Source: Wocania ichthyoenteri Th78
Lineage (GTDB): Bacteria; Bacteroidota; Bacteroidia; Flavobacteriales; Flavobacteriaceae
Length of the DNA stretch: 32,000 nt
NCBI RefSeq assembly: GCF_000789235.1
Contig: NZ_KN525716.1
Coordinates: 1,371,674 to 1,403,673, forward strand
Direction of reading: 5' to 3'
Below are positions 1-16,984 of this stretch, in pieces. How positions within the stretch are numbered: the stretch's first letter is position 1; every line of letters starts with the position of its first letter. The notes under the pieces are model-generated. The model saw only the letters and a program-made list of their open reading frames with translations, searched no databases and had not been told where the DNA came from. The translations under genes and the position numbers were made by a program.

Positions 1-164
1 CTTGTTTTATCAGGATATTGAAATGCTTTTTTTAAACTATTTGCAATCGCTTTTAGTGTATCTTGCAATAGTTCGGCATCGGCATTTACAATTATAGATG
101 ACACTTCGTAAAGACAGGTCAATTCTTTAATACGTTCATTTAATATTTGTTCAGTTTTACCCAT
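1..164 (-). CDS. Partial CDS: N-terminal 54 codons of a protein that continues past the window edge; function unknown, possibly sensory or regulatory
   Basis: ATG at 164-162, 7 nt downstream of the MscS-like stop (172-174). The reverse strand reads MGKTEQILNERIKELTCLYEVSSIIVNADAELLQDTLKAIANSLKKAFQYPDKT and stays open to position 1. It is absent from the ORF track because it is truncated. The function guess rests only on a vaguely familiar KELxCLY N-terminal motif. Confidence 0.4.
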   Translation of the reverse strand, partial: MGKTEQILNERIKELTCLYEVSSIIVNADAELLQDTLKAIANSLKKAFQYPDKT

Positions 165-171
165 CAAATGA

Positions 172-1287
172 TTATTTGTTTTCAAATTTGGCAGTTACAT
201 CTTTCTTCATGACTATGGTTCTATGTGGGAATGGGATTTCAATACCTTCTTTATCAAAACGCTTTTTAATACTTTCTAATACATCAATTTTAAGTTGAAA
301 ACTATCACTAAAATCTCTACCCCAAGTCCATGCTCTTATGGTCATTGATGAATCGTTTAGTTGTATTACTGCTGTTTTTACTATAGGTTTTCCCTCCTGC
401 ACCTCCAGCTCCGTTCGATTATCTAAAATAAGCGGATGGTTTTCACATTCTTCTTGCATGATTTTTTTTGCCAAATCTATATCACTGTCGTAGGATATCC
501 CAATCTCAATACGTTCACAAGTTTTAAGTTCTCCCATATCATAATTAATGAGTTTTTCTTTATTGATAATCGCGTTTGGAATCACAATCATTTTGTTTTC
601 ATAATTACGAATTACTGTATGTCGCAGTGTAATATCGGTAACTGTTCCGACCATAGCATCTGTTACTTTAATGCGTTCACCAATCTTAAAGGGCTTAAAG
701 GCAATAATGAATAAACCTCCAATGATGTTTGCTAAGGCTTCTTGTGCTGCAAGTCCTGCAATAAGCGCCATGACACCTGCGCCACCTAAAGCTGTTTGAG
801 CAACACCTTTAAGGGAAGGAAAAGCCAAAAGACAAAGCATAATTCCAATGAAATAAATACCAACAAGGACAACGTATCTTAAAAATTTAAAACTGGTTGG
901 GTCATGTTCATTTTCTATCTTCTTTTGAATGTCATATTTAAACCACATATTGGCAGTTGTAGCTGCAATTATGGTAAGTGCTAAAACTACTCCTATATAG
1001 AGTGCTGTTTTAAAATCATTGGCTAAAGTGTCCTGTTTGCTTTCATCAACAATGAGATAAGTCAAGGCGATTATTCCTAAAACAATCCATAATGTATTGA
1101 GTATAAGTTTCAACAAATGAAGTGGTCTTAGTGTCTCTTCAGGAAACTTCCTTTGTTTCTCTTTTACTAGCCAATGATGTAATTTATTGGTCAAAAACCG
1201 CAAAACTAAAATTGCAACGATAATAATGAAACCAAAAATTACATCTTGCTTATGCGTTTCTAAAAATTCTACCATAATCGATTTCAA
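172..1287 (-). CDS. Mechanosensitive ion channel family protein (MscS-like)
   Basis: 371-aa ORF with several N-terminal TM helices. These are followed by the MscS pore-helix/beta-domain region (QEALANIIGGLFIIAFKPFKIGERIKV...GTVTDITLRHTVIRNYENKMIVIPNAIINKEKLINY). Confidence 0.85.
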   Translation of the reverse strand: MKSIMVEFLETHKQDVIFGFIIIVAILVLRFLTNKLHHWLVKEKQRKFPEETLRPLHLLKLILNTLWIVLGIIALTYLIVDESKQDTLANDFKTALYIGVVLALTIIAATTANMWFKYDIQKKIENEHDPTSFKFLRYVVLVGIYFIGIMLCLLAFPSLKGVAQTALGGAGVMALIAGLAAQEALANIIGGLFIIAFKPFKIGERIKVTDAMVGTVTDITLRHTVIRNYENKMIVIPNAIINKEKLINYDMGELKTCERIEIGISYDSDIDLAKKIMQEECENHPLILDNRTELEVQEGKPIVKTAVIQLNDSSMTIRAWTWGRDFSDSFQLKIDVLESIKKRFDKEGIEIPFPHRTIVMKKDVTAKFENK

Positions 1288-1314
1288 TTTTCAATTTTTA
1301 AAAAATACTATACT

Positions 1315-2634
1315 TCAAGCTCTATTAGAAGCTATCTTACTATTAGTTGAATTTAACCTCAAAACCAAATAACCAACTATTGCTGAAATAAAAGACCCTA
1401 TTAGAATTCCTATTTTAGCAGAATCTATATATTCTGGTGATGATGCAAATGCTAAACTAGCTATAAATATCGCCATAGTAAATCCAATTCCTGCGAGAAA
1501 AGAAACACCTATAATTTGTTGCATACTAATATCACTAGGAATTTCTATTATTTTCATTTTTTTAGCTAATATCACTATAGATGCTATTCCAATGCCTTTC
1601 CCTAGCACCAGGCAGATTACAATATTTGTAACTAAAGCTGTGTCTAAATATGCCGAACTATCAATAAGCACACCTGCATTTGCAAGTGCAAAAATTGGAA
1701 TAATAAAATAGGCAACCCATCCATGCAAATTATGCTCAAGATGTTGTAATGGCGACTGAAATTTACTAGCCCAATCTTCTAAGTCATCAATATGTTCAAT
1801 TTGCTCACTAGACAAGATAGGTTTATTTGAAATACTTACTTTTTTGATTTTATTGAACACTAATTCAAGTTGAACTAAAAATGTTGATGTATCAATTTTT
1901 TGTCTAATTGGAACTGAAAAAGCCATTAGAATGCCTGCTACTGTTGGATGCATACCTGATTTTAAAAATAAGAACCAGATGACAGTTCCAAAGAAAAAAA
2001 AGATATATCTAGAGTAAAACCCTTTAAATGAAAATAAATATAATACGGCCAACATTACTAAAGCAATTAATAATAAAGATAAATTAATTGAGCCACTATA
2101 AAATAATGCAATCACTAAAACTGCTCCAATATCATCTACAATTGCAAATGCTGTTAAGAATATTTTTAAGCTCAAAGGAATGCGTTTTCCAAGAACATTT
2201 AAAACTGCTAATGAAAAAGCAATATCAGTAGCCATAGGTATTCCCCAGCCTTTAAAGGTTTCGGGGTTTTGGTTTAAAAACAAAAAGAAAACAACAGGAA
2301 CTAACATACCACCCAATGCTCCAAAAAGTGGGAATGCTATTTTTTTAACAGAATTTAATTCGCCAATAAGTAATTCTCTTTTAATTTCTAATCCTATTAA
2401 AAAAAAGAAAACAGCCATTAAACCATCATTTATCCATAAAATTAATGGCTTTTTAAATTCAAAACTTTCTGTTACTATACCAATATCATATTGCCAAAGT
2501 TCGCTGTAGGCATTGCCAAATGATGAATTTGCCCAAACAAGTGCAATTACAGTCGATAGCATTAGTAAAATACCACTAAAACTTTCAATTTTTACAAATT
2601 TTTGAAATGGTGTAAGAAATACTTCTTTAATCAT
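1315..2634 (-). CDS. nhaA: Na+/H+ antiporter NhaA
   Basis: 439-aa polytopic membrane ORF with the NhaA twin-Asp hallmark (FAIVDDIGAVLVIALFY) and the typical N-terminus (SGILLMLSTVIALVWANS). It lies 27 nt upstream of the MscS-like gene on the same strand. Confidence 0.9.
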   Translation of the reverse strand: MIKEVFLTPFQKFVKIESFSGILLMLSTVIALVWANSSFGNAYSELWQYDIGIVTESFEFKKPLILWINDGLMAVFFFLIGLEIKRELLIGELNSVKKIAFPLFGALGGMLVPVVFFLFLNQNPETFKGWGIPMATDIAFSLAVLNVLGKRIPLSLKIFLTAFAIVDDIGAVLVIALFYSGSINLSLLLIALVMLAVLYLFSFKGFYSRYIFFFFGTVIWFLFLKSGMHPTVAGILMAFSVPIRQKIDTSTFLVQLELVFNKIKKVSISNKPILSSEQIEHIDDLEDWASKFQSPLQHLEHNLHGWVAYFIIPIFALANAGVLIDSSAYLDTALVTNIVICLVLGKGIGIASIVILAKKMKIIEIPSDISMQQIIGVSFLAGIGFTMAIFIASLAFASSPEYIDSAKIGILIGSFISAIVGYLVLRLNSTNSKIASNRA

Positions 2635-2816
2635 TGTTGTTAGTTGCTTTTTTAAACCTACTCAAATATAAGATTTCGCAGTAAGAAACTGCATGAAATA
2701 AGTATTGATTTTAGTTGTATGAAAAATTAAAAACCACATAAAATAAATTTATTTAAAAGTAATATAAGATACAAGAAATTATCAGATAACAGAAAACTAA
2801 ACTCTAATGTTTTTCA

Positions 2817-2847
2817 TTTGAGATTCAATTTACTAAAGCTATATTTG
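2817..2847 (+). promoter_or_regulatory. Candidate Bacteroidota sigma-A promoter for the GltB-like gene
   Basis: TTTG at 2817-2820, a 19-nt spacer, then TATATTTG at 2840-2847, which matches the -7 consensus TAnnTTTG. The box ends 23 nt before the ATG at 2871. Confidence 0.4.
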
Positions 2848-2870
2848 TTATTTCAACAGAAATAAATAGT

Positions 2871-4460
2871 ATGAAAGTTCGTGAAAAGTTTATTTTAATT
2901 TCAATAATAGCAGTTGTATTAGCATGTGTTATAGCTTTATTTTGGCCACCTATTTTATGGACGCTTTTACTTATTGCGCCACTTGTAATAATGGGTGTTT
3001 TTGATATTCTTCAAAAAAAGCATACCATAAGAAGAAACTTTCCGCTAATAGGTCGATTTAGATATATTTTAGAATCTATTCGACCAGAAATCATGCAATA
3101 TTTTGTTGAAACGGATACAGAAGGAAGGCCTTTAAACCGCATATTAAGATCGTTAGTATACCGCAGAGCAAAAGGCGAAAATGACACCGAGCCTTTTGGT
3201 ACACAATTAAATTTATATCATTCTGGTTATGAATGGTTGGAACATTCAATGTATGCAAAAAATAACCCAAAAAACATTGGAAAATTTCCTCGTTTACTTA
3301 TCGGAGGAAAAGATTGTAAACAACCATATTCTTCAAGTTTGCTAAACATTTCTGCCATGAGTTTTGGCTCTTTAAGCACCAATGCCATTCTCGCATTAAA
3401 CAAAGGTGCTAAAATGGGCGATTTTGCACATAATACTGGAGAAGGAGGGATAAGCAACTATCATTTAGAACATGGTGGCGATCTTATTTGGCAAGTAGGA
3501 ACAGGATATTTTGGATGTAGAAAAGATGATGGAACGTTTAATGAAGATACTTTTAAAGAAAATGCTTTACGCCCACAAGTAAAAATGATTGAGATAAAAT
3601 TATCTCAAGGCGCCAAACCTGGACATGGTGGTATTTTACCAGCTATAAAAAACACAGAAGAGATCGCTAAAATAAGACATATAAAACCTGGAGTTGCGGT
3701 ACACTCTCCTCCGTCTCATTCTGCTTTTTCTGATCCTATTCAGTTTATGTATTTTATTAAAAAACTTCGTGATCTATCTGGAGGAAAACCAATTGGCTTT
3801 AAGCTTTGTCTTGGTCGTAAACAGGAATTTATGGATTTCTGTGAGGCTATGATTGCCACTGGTATTCAACCTGATTTTATAACTGTAGATGGTGGCGAAG
3901 GCGGTACGGGTGCTGCTCCAGTAGAATTTTCAAATTCCATGGGGATGCCATTACGCGAAGGATTAATTTTTGTTCACGATACTTTAATAGGATTTAATTT
4001 AAGAAAAGACATTAAAGTTATTGTTGCAGGTAAAATTATTACTGGTTTCCATATGGCAAGAGCCATAGCTTTAGGTGCTGATGGTTGCAATAGCGCACGT
4101 GCTATGATGCTTTCAATTGGATGTATTCAAGCTTTACAATGTAATAACAATACGTGTCCTGTTGGTGTTGCCACTCAAAATGCATCTTTAGTTAAAGGAT
4201 TAGTTGTAGAAGATAAAGCACCACGTGCCAAAAGATACCACGAAGCAACAATACAAAGTTTTCTAGAACTTGTAGCTGCTGCTGGTCTTAATAATCCAAA
4301 CGAATTAATCAGAAACCACATTAGCAAAAGAGTAGGTTTATATGATGTAAAAACTTATGAAGAGATTTACCCACACATGGAACCAGGTTCTCTTTTAGAT
4401 ATTAACAAAATTCCTGAAAACTATAAACGCTTTTTTCATTTAACCAGGATAATGAAATAG
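2871..4460 (+). CDS. FMN-binding glutamate synthase family protein (GltB FMN-domain-like, membrane anchored)
   Basis: 529 aa with two N-terminal TM helices. It carries FMN-domain motifs KLSQGAKPGHGGILP and TVDGGEGGTGAAP. Confidence 0.8.
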   Translation: MKVREKFILISIIAVVLACVIALFWPPILWTLLLIAPLVIMGVFDILQKKHTIRRNFPLIGRFRYILESIRPEIMQYFVETDTEGRPLNRILRSLVYRRAKGENDTEPFGTQLNLYHSGYEWLEHSMYAKNNPKNIGKFPRLLIGGKDCKQPYSSSLLNISAMSFGSLSTNAILALNKGAKMGDFAHNTGEGGISNYHLEHGGDLIWQVGTGYFGCRKDDGTFNEDTFKENALRPQVKMIEIKLSQGAKPGHGGILPAIKNTEEIAKIRHIKPGVAVHSPPSHSAFSDPIQFMYFIKKLRDLSGGKPIGFKLCLGRKQEFMDFCEAMIATGIQPDFITVDGGEGGTGAAPVEFSNSMGMPLREGLIFVHDTLIGFNLRKDIKVIVAGKIITGFHMARAIALGADGCNSARAMMLSIGCIQALQCNNNTCPVGVATQNASLVKGLVVEDKAPRAKRYHEATIQSFLELVAAAGLNNPNELIRNHISKRVGLYDVKTYEEIYPHMEPGSLLDINKIPENYKRFFHLTRIMK

Positions 4461-4527
4461 AGATCTATTAAGACATGTTTCTCTATTAGAATTCTTAAAT
4501 AAAAGTTATTACTCTTATAGTTAAATA

Positions 4528-6564
4528 CTATTCTTTTATTTTTTCGAAAACACTCAAACCACATTCTAAAAACCTAGCATAATCTTCTTCATCTGGAGTA
4601 TAACCTACTGCCTGATTTAAAATTTTTGTGCCATCAGAATTTAATAATACATAATATGGTTGCGAATTTGTTTGAAAAAATTGTGTTTGAAAATTAGCCC
4701 ATTTATGTCCATAACTCTCAAGTTTTCTCGTCCCTCCGTTTACTCTATTAACATTTACTTGCTCGTCTTCTGGCAATGTTTTTTTATCATCTACATAAAG
4801 CGAAATTAACACATAATCGTTTCTTAAGTAATTATCAATCTTTTTAAGTGGCCAAACATGTTCTTCCATTTTTCTACAATTCACACATGCATAACCTGTA
4901 AAGTCTAACATAATAGGCTTATTAACCTTTTTAGCATATGCTATACCTGTTTTTAAATCTTTAAAGCATTCTAAATTATTAGGGCAGTCATTTGGATATA
5001 AAAAACTATAACCAACTGGTGGAGCTAGCCCACTTAACAATGTTAAAGGTGTAAATGTATTTGTTTCTTTATTTACTCTAAATCCCGAAACTAAATATAT
5101 AGTAAATGCTGCCACTAATACGCCTCCAGCTATTCTTGAAAATGATAGTTTCTTTATCGGTGAATCATGTGGAAATTTAATTTTCCCAAGCAGATATAAA
5201 GCTAATCCGCCAAAAATAATAATCCAAAGTATTAAAAAGGGTTCAATTTTTAAAAGATTCCAATGCGCTACTAAATCAGCATTCGATAAAAATTTGAATG
5301 CCAATGCTAATTCTAAAAACCCTAAAATTACTTTGGTCGTATTTAACCAACCGCCAGATTTTGGTAAAGCATTCATCATATTTGGAAACATAGCGAATAA
5401 TGCAAAAGGCAAGCCTAAAGACACTCCAAACCCTGCCATACCAGCGGTAAGTTGCCATGCACCACCATCTGCTGTCAATGAGCCTGCTAATAGCGATCCT
5501 AGAATAGGACCTGTACATGAAAATGACACAATAGCCAGCGTTAATGCCATAAAGAAAATACCAATAAAGCCTCCTGAACTTTCTCCTTGAGTTGTTTTAT
5601 TTGTCCAACTAGATGGTAAAGTTAATTCGTAATATCCAAAAAATGAAAATGCAAAAAATAAGAAAATTGCAAAGAATATAACATTTAACCACACGTTGGT
5701 TGATATTTCATTTAAAATATCTGGATTTACTGAATCTAATAAATGAAATGGAACACTTAAAATAATATAAACTGCAAAAATGAAAAACCCATAAAGCAAT
5801 GCTTTAGATACTCCTGAACCTTTATTTTGTCCGCTTTTTTTAGTAAAAAAACTTACTGTAAGAGGTATCATTGGAAACACACAAGGCGTTAATAATGCTA
5901 ACAAACCACCTAAGAAACCTAAACCAAAAATGCTCCATAATGATTTCCCTCCGCTTTGTACTTCTGATGCGTTACTAGTAACTTCATTTTCACATTTAAT
6001 ACTAGCCTTTTTTAAATCTTTAACAGATAATCCATAAAGTATATTATTAACAATCATATTATCTACCATTGGAGTAGTTTTATTATTGTCAGATGCTTCT
6101 AAGTTACTTTCTTTAGAAGAATTTATATTAAATACTAAATCTGCATAAGTTGGAGGCAAACACCTAGTATCATCACAAACCATAAACTCGACTTCGCCTT
6201 TAACTAACGACAGCTCATTATTTAATACTTTTATCCGTTGTTTAAAAACTACTTTATTTTCAAAAAACTTAATACGCATATTAAAAACGGGGTCATTTAT
6301 GGTGTGCCCCTCCTCTTCTAAAACCGTTTGAATTAATTCATAATCTTGATTATCCTGAAAAGCAAACGTTGTTGGAATCGGCCCACCTTCAGGCACATTT
6401 TGCGAATATAAATGCCAACCTTTATCTATTTTTGCCGTAGCAATAAGCTCATACTCAGTTTCTGAAACTTTCTCAACAGATGTTGACCATTCAACAGGTT
6501 CTAGTATTTGGGAAAAGGCATTAAAGCCTAGAGTTAATACTAAAATTAAAACTAATTTTTTCAT
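4528..6564 (-). CDS. dsbD: Thiol:disulfide interchange protein, DsbD-like three-domain architecture
   Basis: 678 aa with a signal peptide and an N-terminal periplasmic domain containing MVCDDTRCLPP. The central DsbD/CcdA-type TM core carries LTPCVFPMIPL and SFSCTGPILG. The C-terminal thioredoxin-like domain has a CxxC motif (YACVNCRKME). Confidence 0.85.
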   Translation of the reverse strand: MKKLVLILVLTLGFNAFSQILEPVEWSTSVEKVSETEYELIATAKIDKGWHLYSQNVPEGGPIPTTFAFQDNQDYELIQTVLEEEGHTINDPVFNMRIKFFENKVVFKQRIKVLNNELSLVKGEVEFMVCDDTRCLPPTYADLVFNINSSKESNLEASDNNKTTPMVDNMIVNNILYGLSVKDLKKASIKCENEVTSNASEVQSGGKSLWSIFGLGFLGGLLALLTPCVFPMIPLTVSFFTKKSGQNKGSGVSKALLYGFFIFAVYIILSVPFHLLDSVNPDILNEISTNVWLNVIFFAIFLFFAFSFFGYYELTLPSSWTNKTTQGESSGGFIGIFFMALTLAIVSFSCTGPILGSLLAGSLTADGGAWQLTAGMAGFGVSLGLPFALFAMFPNMMNALPKSGGWLNTTKVILGFLELALAFKFLSNADLVAHWNLLKIEPFLILWIIIFGGLALYLLGKIKFPHDSPIKKLSFSRIAGGVLVAAFTIYLVSGFRVNKETNTFTPLTLLSGLAPPVGYSFLYPNDCPNNLECFKDLKTGIAYAKKVNKPIMLDFTGYACVNCRKMEEHVWPLKKIDNYLRNDYVLISLYVDDKKTLPEDEQVNVNRVNGGTRKLESYGHKWANFQTQFFQTNSQPYYVLLNSDGTKILNQAVGYTPDEEDYARFLECGLSVFEKIKE

Positions 6565-6768
6565 CTATTCGTATATATTTCTTTTGTAAAATCTTAAAAA
6601 CACTCTCTTAATAGACGCTAAAAGTATAAAAAACTAATAGGTTTTGATTACTTTATTTTTTTAAAAAGTAAGTTGTTTAAATAAGATAGAAATATTGAGT
6701 GTAAGTTTTGATAAAACAGGCTATTTAATTCAATAGTTACTTTATGATTGTCTTTACTTTAATTAACA

Positions 6769-12955
<6,187 letters not shown>

Positions 12956-14974
12956 TTAGTCCTTTTGTAATAGCATGATAAGGTGCGCTGCGCTCCAACT
13001 AAAATTTTCGGCATTTAAACCTTTTCCTGTTAATGGATGGTAATTTTCGCGTATAGATTTTCCTTTTCCTAAAATGCCTTCAGCACCTTCAATAATTTGA
13101 ATGGTTGCTTTATCTGCCTCTTTATTAAACCCATAATTACGCAATCCTTTTACACCAAAATAAGCTTGATCGAGCCAATTTGGACCGCGCCAATAACCTT
13201 CTAACGGGTCGAATCTATTATGGTCTGCACTCATGGTTTGAAATGGCACTTTAGTATAGAATTTCTTTGGATTCATCAGTTTATTTTTTACAGCTTCTGC
13301 CTGTTCTTGTGTCGCTGCTTTAGCCCAAAGTGCTGTCCAGCCTTCACTACCTTCTCCTTTAATAAAAATGGTTCCTTCAAGATTTGTATCGTAAAACCAA
13401 CCATCTTCTTTGTCGTAGAATTGTTGTTGGATTTTTTGTTTTAAAAGTTCAGCTTCCTCTTTATAGATTTTGGCATCTTCTGAATTTTTTAGAATAGTAG
13501 CTAATTCGCTTAAATATAGTTTTTCGGCATATAAATAAGCATTTAAATCTACACTTTCTTGGTCTAGAGAATATGCGCCTTCACTATTTTTAAGAATTTT
13601 AGAATCATCGAAACGAATAGCATTGTCCATACCGCTTTCCCATTTTGCAGCAATTAGTGTGCCGTCAGTTGAGCCATATTCACACAATCCATCTTGGTCG
13701 TGGTCACGTTTATTATACCACCATTCGTGATATTTTTTTAATTTCGGATAAGACTCTTTTACAAATTCAATATCCTTATTCTTTTCATAAATCTTAGTAA
13801 CTGCCCACACAGCAAGTGGCGGTTTGGTATCACGATAATTATGCGCTTCAATTGTGGTGTCTCGGTAAATACAATCTACAATAAAACCGTCTTTACTTTG
13901 AAAATCGAACATCGCTCGCATTTGATTTTTTGCTAAACTGGTATCGTAATAAGATAGTCCCACAACATGCTTCCAAGAATCCCAAGACCAAAACCCATTA
14001 AACCATTCGTAGTGATAACTTGGGAATAAGCCTTCGTGTTTAATTTCTCCTGCAGGAATTCGCCAATTGTTTTGCAGTGTTAAATGAGCTTTGGCTAAAA
14101 CTTCAGCATATTTATAATCTTTAAATTGTGATTTTCTGTTTTCGATAAGGGTTTTTAGTTGACTATTTTTTTCTTGTTTTCGTACATTTAAAACGGAATC
14201 GAAATTAATCTTTTGAATTTGTTTTTTTTCTTCTTCCCAAGAATATTCTGGAAAAATAAAGGTATGTAAAATAGTAATTTCTTTGGTTTCGTTGGGTTTT
14301 AAATCTAAACTACTTTTTGCGTTGTATTGTAAGCTATCTACTAATTCAACATGGGTAGTTTTAGGGAAAGTTAGATAACCTTTGGCATTTGTTTTTGTAG
14401 AATTAATTTTGATTATGTTATCACTTTTTGATAAAGAAATTCCACTAATCAAAATAGGCGAGTGACCCCATAAAATTTTCACATTGATACTCCTATCACT
14501 AGTGTTTTTTATTTTGGTTTGTAGTAAAGCAGTGTGCCCGTTTTTGAAAACTAGTTTTTCGCTCACAGCTATTTTATCGCTTGAATAGTTCTTCTCTAAA
14601 TGACTTGAATAACTATGCCCTTGTCCCCCATTTAGTAATTCAAAGCTATTATCAACTTTAATCATGGCATTCATAAGAGATGTGCTTAACCAAACACCAT
14701 TTTGCTGCGTCATCAAAAAAGGTCCAGAAAAACCAATAGATTCATTTGATTCTTTATGCAAGCCATACCCAAACCAAGCACCTTGACCTGAAAACATTAA
14801 ACCAGATTTATCTACAGAGTCTTTTGGTGTAATATGGTAATCCAGAATATTTTTACTAAAGTTTAGGAAATTATCTTTATTATCAATCTTTATTGGTTCT
14901 TTAGGCTTATTACAACTAAAAATTAATAACAAAACTAAAACTGCTATATATTTAATCACCTTGTTTAAATGCAT
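12956..14974 (-). CDS. GH63-like (clan GH-G, (alpha/alpha)6-barrel) glycosidase, probable alpha-glucosidase, lipoprotein
   Basis: 672 aa with a lipoprotein signal (VLLLIFSC). Motifs FWSWDSWKH, KWESGMDNAIRFD and YWRGPNWLDQAYF resemble GH63/MGH/trehalase-clan signatures (compare ESGxDD and WRGPIW in GH63). Its stop codon (12956-12958) abuts the start of the fusion gene (12955) with no gap. Confidence 0.6.
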   Translation of the reverse strand: MHLNKVIKYIAVLVLLLIFSCNKPKEPIKIDNKDNFLNFSKNILDYHITPKDSVDKSGLMFSGQGAWFGYGLHKESNESIGFSGPFLMTQQNGVWLSTSLMNAMIKVDNSFELLNGGQGHSYSSHLEKNYSSDKIAVSEKLVFKNGHTALLQTKIKNTSDRSINVKILWGHSPILISGISLSKSDNIIKINSTKTNAKGYLTFPKTTHVELVDSLQYNAKSSLDLKPNETKEITILHTFIFPEYSWEEEKKQIQKINFDSVLNVRKQEKNSQLKTLIENRKSQFKDYKYAEVLAKAHLTLQNNWRIPAGEIKHEGLFPSYHYEWFNGFWSWDSWKHVVGLSYYDTSLAKNQMRAMFDFQSKDGFIVDCIYRDTTIEAHNYRDTKPPLAVWAVTKIYEKNKDIEFVKESYPKLKKYHEWWYNKRDHDQDGLCEYGSTDGTLIAAKWESGMDNAIRFDDSKILKNSEGAYSLDQESVDLNAYLYAEKLYLSELATILKNSEDAKIYKEEAELLKQKIQQQFYDKEDGWFYDTNLEGTIFIKGEGSEGWTALWAKAATQEQAEAVKNKLMNPKKFYTKVPFQTMSADHNRFDPLEGYWRGPNWLDQAYFGVKGLRNYGFNKEADKATIQIIEGAEGILGKGKSIRENYHPLTGKGLNAENFSWSAAHLIMLLQKD

Positions 14975-15057
14975 TTTTTTAATTAGGATGTGTACGTATT
15001 TTAAAACTTAATAGATTCTAACAAATTTCGATTATTTTTCTTTAATAATTCAAAAAA

Positions 15058-15075
15058 CACCTTTACTTGACCTTT
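15058..15075 (-). promoter_or_regulatory. 18-bp operator AAAGGTCAAGTAAAGGTG (direct repeat with 11-bp period) upstream of the GH63-like operon
   Basis: Read on the minus strand it is identical to the 18-mer at 16967-16984 and has the same orientation relative to its downstream gene. A -7-like box GAAATTTG (15029-15022) follows 28 nt later. The start codon is at 14974. Confidence 0.6.
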
Positions 15076-15164
15076 CATATTCACTTTTTTAAGCCCCATA
15101 TTAATTTATAATATCGTTATTTGTAATATATGTAGATTTCTTTATAATTTATAAATCTTAGCTA

Positions 15165-16859
15165 ATGAAAAAATTAATGAAACTTACTTTTTTTATACTT
15201 GTATTTATAGGTCTTACTATGCATTGTCAAACTAATATCTGGGATGAAAACCCAAGCGACTCTCAAATAGAATTGGATAGTTTACTAACCATCCTACCCT
15301 ACTCAAGAGGTAAAGATAAAATACCTTTGTTAAATAGAGTTGCTGAAATTTATTGGTCTATAAACTCCAATAAAACTATAGAATATGCAAATGAAGCGTT
15401 ACAGTTAGCACAAGAGTTTAATGATAAAAATCAAGAAGGATTAGCGCTTATTAATCTTTGTCAAGGCTATTTGTTTAATGATTTTTATGATAAAGCTTTA
15501 CAACTAGGGCTGCAATCGTTGGAAATTAGAAAAGGTATTGAGAATGATTATGATTTAGCCTTTACACTACGAACCCTTGGATGGCTATATTACGACATTG
15601 GCTATTTTGACAAAGCTCTTGAATACCATACTGAAACTTTAAAAATACATGAAAAAATTGGCGACAAGCAGCGCATTGCTTATAGCTATAACAGTATAGG
15701 ACTAATTCACGAACACAAAGGAGATTGCAATTTGGCATTATCTTTTTTTAAAAAATCTTTAGAGCTTAAAAAAGCGTTTAATAATAAAGATAGAATTGCA
15801 GAAACCATGAAAAATATGGGTGTTTGTTACCGTAAAATTAATGAACTAGATTCTGCTAAGACCTTTTTAGAATCTTCTTTAGAGATTACAAATCAAATTA
15901 AAGACGATCAAAATAAGGTGCATATTCTAAATGAACTTTCAATTGTAAATTTAAAGCTTGGAAATTTTGACAAATGTTATTTACTATTAAAAGAATCCAG
16001 ATTGATTATGGAGGGATTAATGGATAATAAAGAGTGGATAGTGGAGAATGATAGAATTATGTCTGACTACTATTTAGCAAAACAAGATTATAAAGAGGCT
16101 TTCAATTACTATAAGAAATACGCAGAAGGGAATTCAGAAATTTTTTCGAGTAATAAAAGTGAAAAACTAACTGAAATGAGGATTCTTTACGAAGATGAGC
16201 GAAGAGAGTCTGAAATTAAATTATTAGAGCAACAAAGAAACTTAGAAGCCCAAAAAAGAAAATTATTACTAATTGGTTCTATATTATCAGTAATTATTGC
16301 AATTCTTATTATAGCATCACTTTGGAACAATATAAAAAAGAAAAAAGCGATTTACCTGCAAAGCCATAAGTTGTCAAAAGAAAAATTAAGAACACAATCG
16401 CTTTTACGAGAAAATCTTGAGCATAAATTAGAATTTCGTATGAAAGAGCTAACAAATCTAGCCTTATTTATATCTCAAAGAACATCAATATACAAAGACC
16501 TTACAAAATCTTTTAAAAGCTTAAATTTTACAGATATAAAGCAATTAAAAAAAGACATAAATGCACTTATAAAAGAATATACATTTAAGTTTGATTTTAA
16601 TGAAGATATTCAAAGATTCCATACAAATGTTGAAACTTTACAAAGCGATTTTTTATTCAGAATTAAAGAAAAATATCCTCACTTAACTAACAAAGATGTA
16701 CAATTAGCCGTTCAAGTTAAGCTTAAGCTCAGCTCAAAAGAAATAGCAAATATTAATAATATTTCTTTAAATTCTGTAGAAATTGGCAGGCATCGATTGA
16801 GAAAAAAACTGAATTTAGATAAAAAAGAAAACCTAGTTAGTTTTCTAGAAAGTATTTAG
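15165..16859 (+). CDS. Transmembrane one-component regulator: periplasmic TPR sensor domain + TM helix + C-terminal LuxR/GerE-type HTH
   Basis: 564 aa with a signal peptide and multiple TPR-like repeats (aa ~60-330). One TM helix (LLLIGSILSVIIAILIIASLW) precedes a C-terminal HTH (LTNKDVQLAVQVKLKLSSKEIANINNISLNSVEIGRHRLRKKL). Confidence 0.7.
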   Translation: MKKLMKLTFFILVFIGLTMHCQTNIWDENPSDSQIELDSLLTILPYSRGKDKIPLLNRVAEIYWSINSNKTIEYANEALQLAQEFNDKNQEGLALINLCQGYLFNDFYDKALQLGLQSLEIRKGIENDYDLAFTLRTLGWLYYDIGYFDKALEYHTETLKIHEKIGDKQRIAYSYNSIGLIHEHKGDCNLALSFFKKSLELKKAFNNKDRIAETMKNMGVCYRKINELDSAKTFLESSLEITNQIKDDQNKVHILNELSIVNLKLGNFDKCYLLLKESRLIMEGLMDNKEWIVENDRIMSDYYLAKQDYKEAFNYYKKYAEGNSEIFSSNKSEKLTEMRILYEDERRESEIKLLEQQRNLEAQKRKLLLIGSILSVIIAILIIASLWNNIKKKKAIYLQSHKLSKEKLRTQSLLRENLEHKLEFRMKELTNLALFISQRTSIYKDLTKSFKSLNFTDIKQLKKDINALIKEYTFKFDFNEDIQRFHTNVETLQSDFLFRIKEKYPHLTNKDVQLAVQVKLKLSSKEIANINNISLNSVEIGRHRLRKKLNLDKKENLVSFLESI

Positions 16860-16964
16860 TTTTTTAAAATTCTTATCTCTAAATAGAGCCATACTCTCTT
16901 CTTTAATTTTTATTTACACGCATTTCTTATTAAACACACACAAATAAAGACATTTAAGTATAAT

Positions 16965-16984
16965 GTAAAGGTCAAGTAAAGGTG
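16965..16984 (+). promoter_or_regulatory. Operator GTAAAGGT-caa-GTAAAGGT-G upstream of susC-like gene
   Basis: Two 8-bp direct repeats spaced 11 bp apart. The 18-mer at 16967-16984 is identical to the reverse complement of 15058-15075. A -7-like box AATATTTG at 17014-17021 follows 29 nt later. The flanks are about 70% identical to the other site over roughly 65 nt. Confidence 0.6.

Noticed and set aside
4461-4527. A possible bidirectional terminator between the convergent GltB-like and DsbD-like genes.
   Set aside because: Only very short, AT-rich, imperfect pairings were found around AGATCTATTAAG...CTATTAGAATTCT. No convincing stem followed by a T-tract is present.
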